From the IMG/VR virus record IMGVR_UViG_3300014204_006651, positions 16,416-80,415 of that record: a stretch of DNA of 64,000 bases; one strand, written 5' to 3'. Made by a program: the position numbers and the translations under genes. Below, piece by piece: positions 30,420-41,200 of this stretch (position 1 is its first letter; each line of letters opens with the position of its first letter). The notes beneath the pieces are model-generated. The model was not told where the DNA came from, did no database searches, and worked only from the letters and a program-made list of their open reading frames with translations. Source of the stretch: a virus (Duplodnaviria > Heunggongvirae > Uroviricota > Caudoviricetes).

Positions 30420-31379
30420 ATGGCAACAGTAATATATACAATAGCTGGTGGAGTAGCACCCTTTACTGTGGAATTAACACCAAGTTTAATTCCAATTAAT
30501 ACTCATCTTTCAATTGGTACTTTTTCATTTACTAATGTGGAAAATGGGGATTATACACTTGTTATTACAGATTCAAATGAATGTGTGTATGAATATCAAC
30601 TTACTGTTGATCCTTTTGTTACTACGACCACAACAACAGTAATCCCCGGTAATAATATTATTGTTGGTCAAATACAAGACCCTATATTAATTTTTAATCC
30701 TAATTCAACAAATCGAAGTAATCATTATTTTGGTGATACTTTAACAGATACTAATATAACACTTTATTTGTGGTTTAAAACATTAGATGGCAAACCATTA
30801 ACATCGTCAAAAACCATTAATTATTCAATTAATGCTATTGGTGAAATTCTTAATACTTCAACTACTGGTGCTACAATTGGTTCAGGATATACCGATAATT
30901 TTATTGATAATTCTTATTTGGGAGTAACTTTATTGACAACTGGAATTACAGGTGTTTCATTTAATGGTTTGATAAAAATTAGTAGTACTGAATATGAGGG
31001 AATTTCATATGCATTTACTGCTATGACTATAACAGGCACAAGTGGTACAGTTTATGTAATTCCTACACAATATACTGGATTATCATATAATGCTAATAGT
31101 AAATTTACATATCTTGGAGTTAGTGATGAAATACATACTGAAGTCACTGAATTAATAAGTGGTGCTGCAACTACTATTTATGGTAACATTAAATTTAAAA
31201 AAGATTTCATTGAAACATATTTTAAATATAAATATCAAAAAGATTTATTTTTACCAGATTTTCAAATTGATTTGAATGCATCTACTTTATGGCTTTCACC
31301 AAATATTCCAATTGTGGATGGAACAAAAATTTATGGTGTAAATTATATTGATAGAGATAATGTAATAATGAAATTTTAA
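30420..31379 (+). CDS. fibre-like structural protein
   Basis: 319 aa with a VTTTTTTVIPG linker. Confidence 0.5.
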   Translation: MATVIYTIAGGVAPFTVELTPSLIPINTHLSIGTFSFTNVENGDYTLVITDSNECVYEYQLTVDPFVTTTTTTVIPGNNIIVGQIQDPILIFNPNSTNRSNHYFGDTLTDTNITLYLWFKTLDGKPLTSSKTINYSINAIGEILNTSTTGATIGSGYTDNFIDNSYLGVTLLTTGITGVSFNGLIKISSTEYEGISYAFTAMTITGTSGTVYVIPTQYTGLSYNANSKFTYLGVSDEIHTEVTELISGAATTIYGNIKFKKDFIETYFKYKYQKDLFLPDFQIDLNASTLWLSPNIPIVDGTKIYGVNYIDRDNVIMKF

Positions 31380-31394
31380 CTATTTATAAATAGT

Positions 31395-32150
31395 ATGATA
31401 AAAGGATATACAGTATTTTTTAGTTATGTTTTAGAAACGAATTCAGGTTATGGATATAGCACAGCAATTCACTGTAATTACATCAACAGTCTTTATTTGG
31501 ATTCTATTACAAATAAAGAAGTGAATATTTATTTTAATAATGTTGATGATTTTAAATATTTGTCAAATAATATTAATGGTGGAACTGGATATACCGTAAA
31601 TAAAATTTATTTATTAATTCAACTTATTAATAATTCAACATATACTAATTTAAATACAATAAAACCAGTTGCTAATGAGTGGAGAAAATACGAAGTAACT
31701 GATCAAATTATAGATTATTTTAGTGGTTATACTACAGGAGAATCATTAACACCAACATATTTATGTGGTAGTATTTTTAAAGTTCCAATTTATAAATATA
31801 ATACAATGTCAATTTATAATTTGGATTATTTAAATTACCCTTCAATTACTCAAGCAGAATTGAAGGGTGTAGATGCTCCACTTTGTTTTGGTGATGAACA
31901 ATATTTTATTGGAAATGTTTCTGCAGATGCAGAAGCAATAGCATATACAACTGATCTTGCCATTAGTTTACCACTTAATCAATATAATTCCACAACAAAT
32001 CCAACTTGGGATCATCTTTCTGAGGTATATATAACTGAAATTGGGTTATATGACAGTACTAAAAAATTAGTGGCTATTGGTAAATTAAATGATCCTGTCC
32101 CTAAAAATTCAACCATTTCCAGAACAATAGTATTTGGTCTTGATTTTTAA
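31395..32150 (+). CDS. structural protein (fibre distal or assembly)
   Basis: 251 aa, preceded by the motif at 31380-31388. It is the last gene of the structural run. Confidence 0.45.
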   Translation: MIKGYTVFFSYVLETNSGYGYSTAIHCNYINSLYLDSITNKEVNIYFNNVDDFKYLSNNINGGTGYTVNKIYLLIQLINNSTYTNLNTIKPVANEWRKYEVTDQIIDYFSGYTTGESLTPTYLCGSIFKVPIYKYNTMSIYNLDYLNYPSITQAELKGVDAPLCFGDEQYFIGNVSADAEAIAYTTDLAISLPLNQYNSTTNPTWDHLSEVYITEIGLYDSTKKLVAIGKLNDPVPKNSTISRTIVFGLDF

Positions 32151-32234
32151 TTTAAAATAATCATAAAAATTTATATTTTTTTATAAAAACTTAGTATTTA
32201 TTATAAATGAAAAATAAAAAAATTTATAATATAT

Positions 32235-32438
32235 ATGAAAGATTTACTTATACTTAATGTTGCAAAGCCTAAATCTATTATAATTAATGGTGATTTACAC
32301 AAAAGATTTAAGGTATTATGTAAAAACAAAAGTTTAAAAATTGGTGGTGTGATTGAAGATTTAATTAGATTATATCTTGAAAACCCCAAAAAAATTCAAT
32401 TAATGATCGAAGATTCAAAAGAAGTAAAAATAAATTAA
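32235..32438 (+). CDS. small putative DNA-binding protein
   Basis: 67 aa, preceded by the promoter motif at 32194. Its C-terminal helix IGGVIEDLIRLYLE is compatible with a ribbon-helix-helix-like fold. Confidence 0.3.
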   Translation: MKDLLILNVAKPKSIIINGDLHKRFKVLCKNKSLKIGGVIEDLIRLYLENPKKIQLMIEDSKEVKIN

Positions 32439-32458
32439 AAAAATTACATAAATATTTT

Positions 32459-33070
32459 ATGGAAAAATATATTTGGTCATTAGATATAAGTACAACTAAT
32501 ATTGGTAGTTCATTATGGAATAATAAAGGAAAACTTATTGAATTAAAACATCTTGAATTAAAAACAGATAAAAAAATTACCATTCTAAATCGTGATATTT
32601 ATAAAGCAGAAATTTTTAGGAAATATGTGTTAGAATATAAAGAACGCATATTGAATGAATTGAATGGTGAAATAATTAATATTATTGTTGAAGAACCATT
32701 GGGTGGAAGTAATAATCCATCGACAGCATCATTATTGTTTGGTTTTAATGGTATATGTAGATATATTTTATTTTCAATTTTTGAGATTTATCCATTAAAA
32801 ATTAGTGTGTATGATTCAAGAAAAACATTTTGTCCTGAATTAATAATTATTACATATAGAAAAGGATTAAAAAAAGAAACATTAACATTTCCACCTAAAT
32901 ATAAAGATAAAAAGAAGTTGTATATATGGGAAAAAGTATGTAAATTAGAACCACAAATTGAATGGTTTTATAAAAAAGATACAAATGAACCCAAAGATAT
33001 GTGTTTTGATATGAGTGATTCATATTGTGTTGGTTATGCGGGATTAAAACAATTAGAAATTATTAAATGA
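32459..33070 (+). CDS. RuvC-like Holliday junction resolvase
   Basis: WSLDISTTNIGSSLW supplies the N-terminal catalytic Asp in a G-rich loop, and IIVEEPLGG the catalytic Glu. C-terminal DMSDSYCVGYAG. This resembles phage and poxvirus A22-type resolvases. Confidence 0.55.
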   Translation: MEKYIWSLDISTTNIGSSLWNNKGKLIELKHLELKTDKKITILNRDIYKAEIFRKYVLEYKERILNELNGEIINIIVEEPLGGSNNPSTASLLFGFNGICRYILFSIFEIYPLKISVYDSRKTFCPELIIITYRKGLKKETLTFPPKYKDKKKLYIWEKVCKLEPQIEWFYKKDTNEPKDMCFDMSDSYCVGYAGLKQLEIIK

Positions 33071-33375
33071 AATATGTATATTTAATTCAATCATTAGAAA
33101 ATAGTTATTATAAAATTGGTTTATCTAAACATCCAAACAAAAGAATTAAAGAATTACAAACCGGGAATTCTTCCGAATTAAAATTAATTGAAACATATGA
33201 ATCTGAATTTGCACACATAATTGAAAAAACATTACAAAGAAGGTATTCACATCTACGTAAGGAAGGTGAGTGGTTTGAAATGTCCATAAGTAATGAAATT
33301 TCATTTAAAAATGAATGTAAAAAAATAGAAGAAAATTTAAAATTTTTAAAAAAAAACAATTATGTATTTATATAA
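33067..33375 (+). CDS. T5orf172 (GIY-YIG-related) domain protein
   Basis: YVYLIQS ... YKIGLSKHPNKRIKELQTGN ... EWFEM matches the T5orf172/MUG113 consensus (YVY ... KIG.T ... R..ELQTG ... EWF). Confidence 0.65.
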   Translation: MKYVYLIQSLENSYYKIGLSKHPNKRIKELQTGNSSELKLIETYESEFAHIIEKTLQRRYSHLRKEGEWFEMSISNEISFKNECKKIEENLKFLKKNNYVFI

Positions 33376-33446
33376 AGTCTTGCTTTATTTCGATATATGT
33401 TATAAGTTTGATATAAAAATAAAGCATTTAAATTAATTTTATTTAT

Positions 33447-34913
33447 ATGACAAAAGAACGAATAGAAAAAGCAGTAGAAATAATAAAATATGCAATCAAA
33501 AATAAAATATCAGTTAAAGAAGCGTCAGTTAAATGTGGATATTCTGACACTTATGTAAAAAATGTTAAAAGAAAAATTTATGAAGCACACAATAATGGTG
33601 TTCTTAAAGAAGGACTTTTAAATATTTTTAATGAAGCATATAAAGAATATAAAAAGGGTAATGAACCTAACACATTTTTAACTAAAAAAAATTATTCTGA
33701 AAATACTAAAACACACAAACCAGAAGACCTTCCTAAAATAATAAAAGGAGAACAAACAACATTTAAAGTTAATGGTAATTCTGCAGATATAGAATGGAAA
33801 TCTGGTGGAAATTATCCTTCTGATCACGTAAGAACACTTGATCAATTATTAAAAATTTGTGAAGTTGATTTAAATCTTTGGCAAGTAAAAGATTATTTGG
33901 TTAATAAATGGGATGTAACAAGTTGGAAAAGTAAATATCCGGAAACACTTCAAAATTTTCAAGTTAAAGCACGTTTAGAAAAAAATATTAAAGTAGCTGA
34001 AGCAATAGACGTAATTGGAATGTTCAGGGAAATGGTTGAAAATTACGAACCCCCAATATATGATTGGATGCCTGAAACACCAAAAAGAACTGAAGAAAAT
34101 AATTTATTAGAAATATCAATATTTGATTTACATATTGGTAAACTTGCTTGGTGTGGGGAAACATACGAAAATTATGACACAAAAATTGCTCGTGAAAGAT
34201 TTTTAATTGCAATTGGAAATTTATTACATCGATCAAGCGGTTTTGAATTTTCAAGAATTTTATTTCCGGTAGGTAATGATTTTTTTAATTCTGATACAAT
34301 AACTAATACCACTACAAATGGTACTCCACAGGATGAAGACCTTCGTTGGCAAAAAACATTTAAAATCGGTTGTAAATTACTTGTTGATGCAATTTATCTA
34401 TTAAAAGAAACGGGTGTTCCTGTTGATGTAGTTGTTATTCCCGGTAATCATGATTTTGAACGTAGTTATTATTTAGGTGAATATTTGGATGCTTGGTTTA
34501 GGAATGATCCTGTTATTAACATAGATAATGGTGCATCACCAAGAAAATTCTATCGTTTTGGTGAAGTATTACTTGGATTTACGCATGGTAGTGAAGAAAA
34601 AGAAGGATCGTTGCCACTAATAATGGCAAGTGATATTATATCTAAACCTATGTGGAGTGAAACAAAATATCATGAATGGCATCTTGGTCACATTCATAGA
34701 AAAAGAAATGTAAACTATAGTGTTACAGATAAAAAAAGAACCTTAAATGAAGATTTAGGGGTTACAGTGAGATATCTTTCAAGTCTTACAGGAACAGAAG
34801 AATGGCATCATAAAAAAGGTTTTATTGGAGCAATAAAAGCAGCAGATGCGTTTGTTTGGAATGATAAACTTGGATTAGTAGCACATTTAAATTCAAATTT
34901 AATTATAGAGTAA
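33447..34913 (+). CDS. calcineurin-like metallophosphoesterase with an N-terminal HTH-like domain
   Basis: Motifs IFDLHIG (DxH), VGNDFFNSD, VIPGNHDF (GNHD/E) and EWHLGHIHR (GHxH). A promoter motif lies at 33364. Confidence 0.55.
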   Translation: MTKERIEKAVEIIKYAIKNKISVKEASVKCGYSDTYVKNVKRKIYEAHNNGVLKEGLLNIFNEAYKEYKKGNEPNTFLTKKNYSENTKTHKPEDLPKIIKGEQTTFKVNGNSADIEWKSGGNYPSDHVRTLDQLLKICEVDLNLWQVKDYLVNKWDVTSWKSKYPETLQNFQVKARLEKNIKVAEAIDVIGMFREMVENYEPPIYDWMPETPKRTEENNLLEISIFDLHIGKLAWCGETYENYDTKIARERFLIAIGNLLHRSSGFEFSRILFPVGNDFFNSDTITNTTTNGTPQDEDLRWQKTFKIGCKLLVDAIYLLKETGVPVDVVVIPGNHDFERSYYLGEYLDAWFRNDPVINIDNGASPRKFYRFGEVLLGFTHGSEEKEGSLPLIMASDIISKPMWSETKYHEWHLGHIHRKRNVNYSVTDKKRTLNEDLGVTVRYLSSLTGTEEWHHKKGFIGAIKAADAFVWNDKLGLVAHLNSNLIIE

Positions 34914-34914
34914 A

Positions 34915-35445
34915 ATGGGACAAAAAAATTTAATTAATTTGGGAAAGGGTAAAAATAAAAATATTGAAAAAAAATTACCCGAAGAAAAAAAAGAATTATC
35001 ACCTGAAGAAGAGAGAGATTTGAAAGCCAAACAAACCGTTAACGAACTTTTACAGGATGTTAAATTAACACCATCAAAAAAAGATGATGATTTTTTTGAA
35101 ATGGTAGATGAATCAAATAATAAAGGAAGTGAATGGCTTTCTGAGCAAGTAACAATTTTAACCAAAGAAAATGAAATTCTTCGTCAGAAAATCGAAATTT
35201 CGAAAGAAGATTATAAAAGAATTTTTGCGGAATCTCAAGAAATCAAAACTAATTTAGGTATAGTTGATGATAATGTAGTAAAAGCAAAGGTAATTGAATT
35301 ATTCAACGAATTACAAAATAATTACATTTCGATGGGTATTAATGTAATGGGTGTTGAAAATTTTAGGGTTAGATTTCCAGCCTTTTTAGAAAGAATGATA
35401 ATGTTCTTTCCATTTTTAAAGGAAAAGAAAAAATATAAAATTTAA
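34915..35445 (+). CDS. hypothetical coiled-coil protein
   Basis: 176 aa with a Lys/Glu-rich N-terminus. Confidence 0.45.
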   Translation: MGQKNLINLGKGKNKNIEKKLPEEKKELSPEEERDLKAKQTVNELLQDVKLTPSKKDDDFFEMVDESNNKGSEWLSEQVTILTKENEILRQKIEISKEDYKRIFAESQEIKTNLGIVDDNVVKAKVIELFNELQNNYISMGINVMGVENFRVRFPAFLERMIMFFPFLKEKKKYKI

Positions 35446-35465
35446 CTAATGTGAAATAGAATTAA

Positions 35466-35497
35466 AATTGCTTCAATTGAGTTGGAGCAATTTTTGT
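35466..35497 (+). terminator. hairpin terminator
   Basis: TTGCTTCAA-TTGAG-TTGGAGCAA (one G-U pair) followed by TTTTT. It overlaps the track start at 35482, which argues for the internal ATG at 35512. Confidence 0.45.
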
Positions 35498-35511
35498 TTA
35501 CATTGATAATT

Positions 35512-36105
35512 ATGGTTGAAGATATAAATTTAATTAAAGAAGTTTTAAATAAAAATTATAAAGCTGAAAAATTATTTTTTGATAAATATAGAAAAATAAT
35601 TAAAAATTTTTTAAAAAATAAATTTTCAAAAATAGTTATTGATGACATAGATGATTATGTTTCAGATATTTTAATTAAAGTTTATGAAAATCTTAATAAA
35701 TATAATATTAAATTTAATTTTAAAACATGGGTATTAACCATAGCCAAACATCATATGATTGATGTTTGGAGAAATAATGCTATTACTATACCAATTAATA
35801 ATATTATTTTAGATGAAAATGATGATGAAAATAATTATTGTACAACAACAGGATGTTTAACCTTTAATGAAAATAGTAGTTTTAGTACATCATGTATTGT
35901 AGATTTTGAAAACAATAGTTCAATTTCATATATATCTTCACAATTATCCCCTGAAGATTATACTTTATTAACAATGAAGTATATTCAAGGATATGATTAT
36001 AATGAAATTGCTCAAGAATTTAATCTTACAAGTAGTACAATTAGCAATAAAGTAAATTATATTAAAACTAAACTAAAAAAAATTAACTTGGAGAGAGATT
36101 CATAA
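35512..36105 (+). CDS. sigma-70 family (ECF-like) RNA polymerase sigma factor
   Basis: Region 2 is WVLTIAKHHMIDVWRN. Region 4 HTH is YIQGYDYNEIAQEFNLTSSTISNKVNYIKTKLKK. Confidence 0.6.
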   Translation: MVEDINLIKEVLNKNYKAEKLFFDKYRKIIKNFLKNKFSKIVIDDIDDYVSDILIKVYENLNKYNIKFNFKTWVLTIAKHHMIDVWRNNAITIPINNIILDENDDENNYCTTTGCLTFNENSSFSTSCIVDFENNSSISYISSQLSPEDYTLLTMKYIQGYDYNEIAQEFNLTSSTISNKVNYIKTKLKKINLERDS

Positions 36106-36138
36106 TTAAATAAGTATTTATAAAAAATATTTATTAAT

Positions 36139-37497
36139 ATGAAACAAGGTATTTTAGAATATATTAATCTAAAAAAAGAAATTGCTAAAAGTAAAGAAGG
36201 TAGAGATTATATAAAATATATTGTAGTTTCTAATATTAAAAATGAAACGTATAACGTAAAAGATAAACTAAAAGCTCTTGGTTTTAATTGGGATAGAAGA
36301 AATTTTAATTGGTATATATTTGGAAATAAATTAACCCATGATATTCTCGATGGGTTAAAACAAATCAATAATGAGTTGAAAACTGATGGTGGACAAACCG
36401 AAAATATAGATGAATTTATTTATTCATTAGAATCATTTAGAGAACAAATTAATACTTCATCAGCTACTCCAGAAGTTAAAGTTAATTTAACATCACTTCT
36501 TGATCAATATATTGAAGATATAGCAAATGCTACTGATTCAAGAGCAGCAGATGCTGAAATACAAAAATATATTGAATTTTCACATAAATTTCATAATTAT
36601 AGTTTTTTAAATTCAATATTAATTTATATTCAAGATAATAATGCAACAAAAGTTGCTGGTCGAAAAAAATGGGAAAGTTTAGGTAGACAAGTTATTAATT
36701 TAGATAAAAGAATTGTAATTAATTGTTTTAATGAATATTATGTTGATCCTAAAACTGGAAAAAGAATGTCGTATTCATTAGATCAAAAAAAATCAGATAG
36801 AGATTATGTTGCAAAAGTAAAGGGAGGTACTGAACCATTTGATAAGAAAAAAATGGATGATATTGAATCAAGAACTAAAATCATAAAAACTGGTTTTAGT
36901 GATTGTAGTGTTTATGATGTTGCCAATACAACAGGAGAAGCATTACCAGAAGAACCTACATGGAAAGGCACGTCTGATGATAGTGCAGATTCAATTGCAT
37001 TATTTAATATTGCTAAAAAAAGTTTAGAAAATTCGGGTATAAAAGTAACTCAAGACCCATCAAAACAAGGTGAAGGAGGTTTGAGTGGAATTGGTTATAT
37101 AAATATTAGTGCTGGTGAAAAAGGTAGTGGTGCTGCTTCGATAATTTTTCATGAATGGGGACATGAATTACTTCATCATCCTAATAGTAAGTTTCATAGT
37201 AGGTCATTAGAATATTTTGAAAAAAAAGGTGAATTAACATATACACAAATTAAACAAATAAAAGAAGTACAGGCAGAAACAATCTCTGCGGTATTATGTA
37301 AACATTATGCAATACCTACGAATCAACATCCTACATATATGGCTTTATGGCAAGGACAAGGTGGACTTAAAAGTAAAGAATTGATTAAAGAAAATATTGA
37401 AACTATTAGAGAAGTAAGTAATTTTATAATTAAACAAATTGAACTTAATAAAATAGAATTTGATAAGGCTAAAGAACTGGTACAACAACAAAAATAA
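36139..37497 (+). CDS. ArdC-like antirestriction protein (ssDNA-binding N-domain plus HExxH zincin) with an extra N-terminal extension
   Basis: FHNYSFLNSILIYIQDNNATKVAGRKKWESLGRQV matches the ArdC-N/DUF1738 consensus (YS.N ... AT.V.G...W..LGR.V). The C-terminal IIFHEWGHELLHH is an HExxH metalloprotease motif. A promoter motif lies at 36114. Confidence 0.6.
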   Translation: MKQGILEYINLKKEIAKSKEGRDYIKYIVVSNIKNETYNVKDKLKALGFNWDRRNFNWYIFGNKLTHDILDGLKQINNELKTDGGQTENIDEFIYSLESFREQINTSSATPEVKVNLTSLLDQYIEDIANATDSRAADAEIQKYIEFSHKFHNYSFLNSILIYIQDNNATKVAGRKKWESLGRQVINLDKRIVINCFNEYYVDPKTGKRMSYSLDQKKSDRDYVAKVKGGTEPFDKKKMDDIESRTKIIKTGFSDCSVYDVANTTGEALPEEPTWKGTSDDSADSIALFNIAKKSLENSGIKVTQDPSKQGEGGLSGIGYINISAGEKGSGAASIIFHEWGHELLHHPNSKFHSRSLEYFEKKGELTYTQIKQIKEVQAETISAVLCKHYAIPTNQHPTYMALWQGQGGLKSKELIKENIETIREVSNFIIKQIELNKIEFDKAKELVQQQK

Positions 37498-37530
37498 TTA
37501 AGACATTTATAAAAATGTCTTAATTATTTG
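37495..37530. terminator. bidirectional terminator between convergent genes
   Basis: TAATTAAGACATTT-ATAAAA-AAATGTCTTAATTA: a roughly 13-bp perfect inverted repeat. Confidence 0.5.
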
Positions 37531-37546
37531 GGACTTTTATTGTACG

Positions 37547-37930
37547 TTACATAATTTCAATTGTCTTTTTTATAGTTTTAACATCTTTTGATTTAGGAAT
37601 GTTAATATTTAACACACCATCTTCCATTGTTGCACTAATATTATCAGAATCGGCATTATCAGGTAAAACAAATAATCTTTCATATTTACCAAAATAAGTT
37701 TGTTTACGATTATATTTTAAATCTTTTGTTTCTTTACGTTCTGCTTTAATAATTAATTTATCTTTTTCAACATCAATTGATATGTTTTCTTTTTTTACTC
37801 CGGCAAGCAACATATTAATTAAATATTCATTATCATTTTCGATAACATCATGTACGGGTGTCTTTGTAGTACTATTGCAACATCTTGATGATGGATTATG
37901 AGTAAATAATTTGTCAAAAATATCTGAAAT
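37547..37930 (-). CDS. Hsp20/alpha-crystallin small heat-shock protein (no canonical start codon)
   Basis: The track ORF from ATG 37813 gives only the C-terminal ACD (LLAGVKKENISIDVE ... GVLNINIP). The frame continues upstream with the conserved N-region ISDIFDKLF ... PVHDVIENDNEYLINM up to a TAA at 37934-36, with no ATG, GTG or TTG. The first sense codons are AAT ATT. Confidence 0.55.
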   Translation of the reverse strand: MSDIFDKLFTHNPSSRCCNSTTKTPVHDVIENDNEYLINMLLAGVKKENISIDVEKDKLIIKAERKETKDLKYNRKQTYFGKYERLFVLPDNADSDNISATMEDGVLNINIPKSKDVKTIKKTIEIM

Positions 37931-38225
37931 ATTTTAATTAATCGCATATATCATTATATGTATGATAATTCTAATGTTTATTTAATGCGTAAAAGAAAAA
38001 TTTTCCTTTCAATTTTGGAAAATAAAGATTATTTTTACGATATTAATAAATATAGAGTTCAAAAAAAACATAATATTGAATATAAAAACACATATTATAA
38101 TCAATCATAATTATCTAAAACATTAAGTAATGAGATTGGAATAAAAGAAACAACAATAAGAAGAATGTTGCAAAGAGGATATTCAATATCAAAAATAATT
38201 GAAAAACAAAAAATTATTTAAATTA

Positions 38226-41200
38226 ATGAGTATTAAAAAGATATGTCATTTGGGAGATATACATATTCGCAAAACACCCACACGAAATTCAGAATATGAG
38301 TTTGTTTTTAAAAATTTAATTAAATCACTTACTGAAAAAAAACCAGATAGAATAGTAATTGTTGGTGATTTAGTGCATGATTACCTTGATTTACAAGGTG
38401 AACAATTAATTATGGCAAATAGATTACTTAATGATTTAAGTAAAATTGCCCCTGTAAGAGTTACAAGAGGAAATCATGATTGCCGTAAAAAAAATTTAAA
38501 AAGAGTTGATTCAATAAAAGCAATTGTTGAAACACTAAATAATCCTGAAGTTATTTATTATGATAAAACAGGATTTTATGAAGATAAAAATATTAATTGG
38601 GCAGTTTGGCATCATGGTGAAATAAAAAATAATCCTTGGAAAAATAAAGAAGGTAAACATATTCTGGAAAATCCGAATCATTTTTTAAATATTGATTTAT
38701 TTCACGATCCAATCAATGGTTGTAAAGCAGTGAACGGTTTTGATATGAAAAGTAAATCATATTATAAACTTTCAGATTTTAAGGGAGATTTATCATTTTT
38801 TGGGGATATTCATAGAATGCAATTTTTAGATGAAACACATACAAAAGCATATTGTGGTTCATTAATCGCACAGGATATTGGAGAAGGTGATGATAATTTT
38901 CATGGATATTTATTATGGGACGTAGAAACTAAAACTTCTGAATTAATATCAGTTAAAAATTATCATTCATATAATAATATTAAAATTTCACCATTTACGG
39001 ACTTTGACGATTTGGATTTTGAAATTCCTAACCCAACACGGGAAATGCATGTTAGATTCATTTGGAACACTCTTCCACAAACGAGAACTAAAGAAAATGA
39101 AAGAAAATTAATAAGTTATATAAAATCTAAATATTCTAATTTAATTATTTTACATAAAAATAACTTTATTGAAAGTGAAAATATTGAAATAAATGAAAAC
39201 GTAACACTTCAAAATATTTCAAGTAAAACTGTTCAGCATGAAATTTTTACGGAATTTTTAGAAAAAATAGGAACAGATGCTAATATTATTAATGATGTAA
39301 TTACTTTGGATGAAGAAATCCTCAATGAAATTAATATTGATGAAGATGTTAGTATTGAATGGAATATTATTAAATTCGGTGGTATTAATTTTGCGTCTTA
39401 TGGTCAATTGGATATTGATTGGCGAGATATGGACGGGTTATTTCAAATTACAGGTATTAATACTGCAGGAAAAACAACAATATTAAAATTAATAACATAT
39501 ATTCTTTTTAATAAATCATTAGAAACTGAATCTCGATTAAAATATGGTGATAAACGATTTGTTAATGATAGGAATGGTGCTACATATTGTGAAACATATC
39601 TTGTTTTAGAAGCTAATGGTGAATATTTTGGTATTAAAAGAAGAACTGATATTATAAGAAATAAAGAAGGTGAAATTACTGGTGCACCAACAAAATTAAA
39701 CCATTATATACTTTCTAATCCTGATGAAGAAATGAATGAAAATACTTCATTAGAAAAACTGGATGCAGATAAAAGGATTATTACACAAAATAAACTCGAA
39801 TCAATTATTGGTGCATATGATGATTTTATGCGTATTGTGATGACAACATCTGATACTCTTAATAAAATATTGTCTAATGATATGGCAATTTTTATTGATT
39901 CTTTATTGTCTGATAGTGGTTTAGATATTTTTGATAAAAAATTAGAAGGTTGGAAAATTATAAATAAAAGAATTAATGAAAAATCACGCATTTCTTGTAA
40001 TATTGAAATTAAAGAAATGGAAATTGCTACTTTTACTGAAGAAATTAATTTATTTGAAAGTAATATATATGATATTGAAATAATAAAATTACCAACTATT
40101 CAAAATAAAATTTCTACGGGACGTACATATGTCGAAACATTAACTAAGAAATTATTTAAAATAGACCCCGAAATTTACGATTTAAACGTAGATACGGTTA
40201 GAAAGGATATAAGAGTTCATCAAATGAACATAAATGATTACAATGCACGTAAAATAATATTAAATGATATTATTATTCAACTTAAAGAATCTTATAATGA
40301 AAAACAACTAATTAAACTAATTGAAAAAAAAGAAGCTCACAAAACCATCGAATATAATAAAAAATTTGAAATTAAAACTATTGAGCAAATTATTCGAGAT
40401 GAAGAACATGCTATTGAAATAATTAATGGGGAAATTTTTAGATTAAAACAGGATGGGACAAAATTAAAAACTGAAAGACAAAATTTAAAAAATAGTAAAA
40501 TTTGTAGTCAATGTGGACAAATTATTGATAAAAAAGAACATCAAGATCATATTGCTAATAATATTAAAATAAAAGAAATTGAAATGTTTTCAATTGCTGA
40601 AAAAATTAATGAAAAAGAAAAAATTGATAAACAAAATCATTTAAATAAAATCGAAATTAAAAAGGGTGAAATAATTCCAATTCAAAAAAGTATTGAAAAT
40701 TCGGCACTTGAAATGGAAAATGTATTAAGAGAAATAGGTGAACTTCTGAACGATAAAAATGATGTTGATAAACGTAAAGAATTATCAACAGAATTAAATC
40801 AAATACCAATATTGATTCAAAATGAAGAATTGAAAATTAATATACTTCAACAAAAAATAAATAATTACGAAAATAGTTTAAAGCAAATAGAAGAAAATCA
40901 TAATACTGAAAAAGTTATTACTGCTGCAAAACAAAAATTATTAGTGCTTGAATCTGAAGAATTTAATGAAAAGGAAAATATTTTCATTATGAAAACCAGT
41001 GTTGCTGAAAAACAAAAAAAGATTAAAGAAAATGATCAATTAATTATCGATTTTAAAGCACAAGAATATAGAGATTCAGTTATGAATTTATATAAAATGT
41101 GTGTTCACCGGGATGGCATTCCAAGACAAATGTTAAGTAATTATATTATCCCAAAAATTAATCTAACACTTGAAAATATATTATCAGTTGCACCATTTAA

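Noticed and set aside
38111-38218. HTH-like peptide fragment (...TTIRRMLQRGYSISKIIEKQKII) upstream of the Mre11-Rad50 gene.
   Set aside because: It has no start codon and is only 36 codons. It may be a decayed remnant, but the evidence is insufficient.
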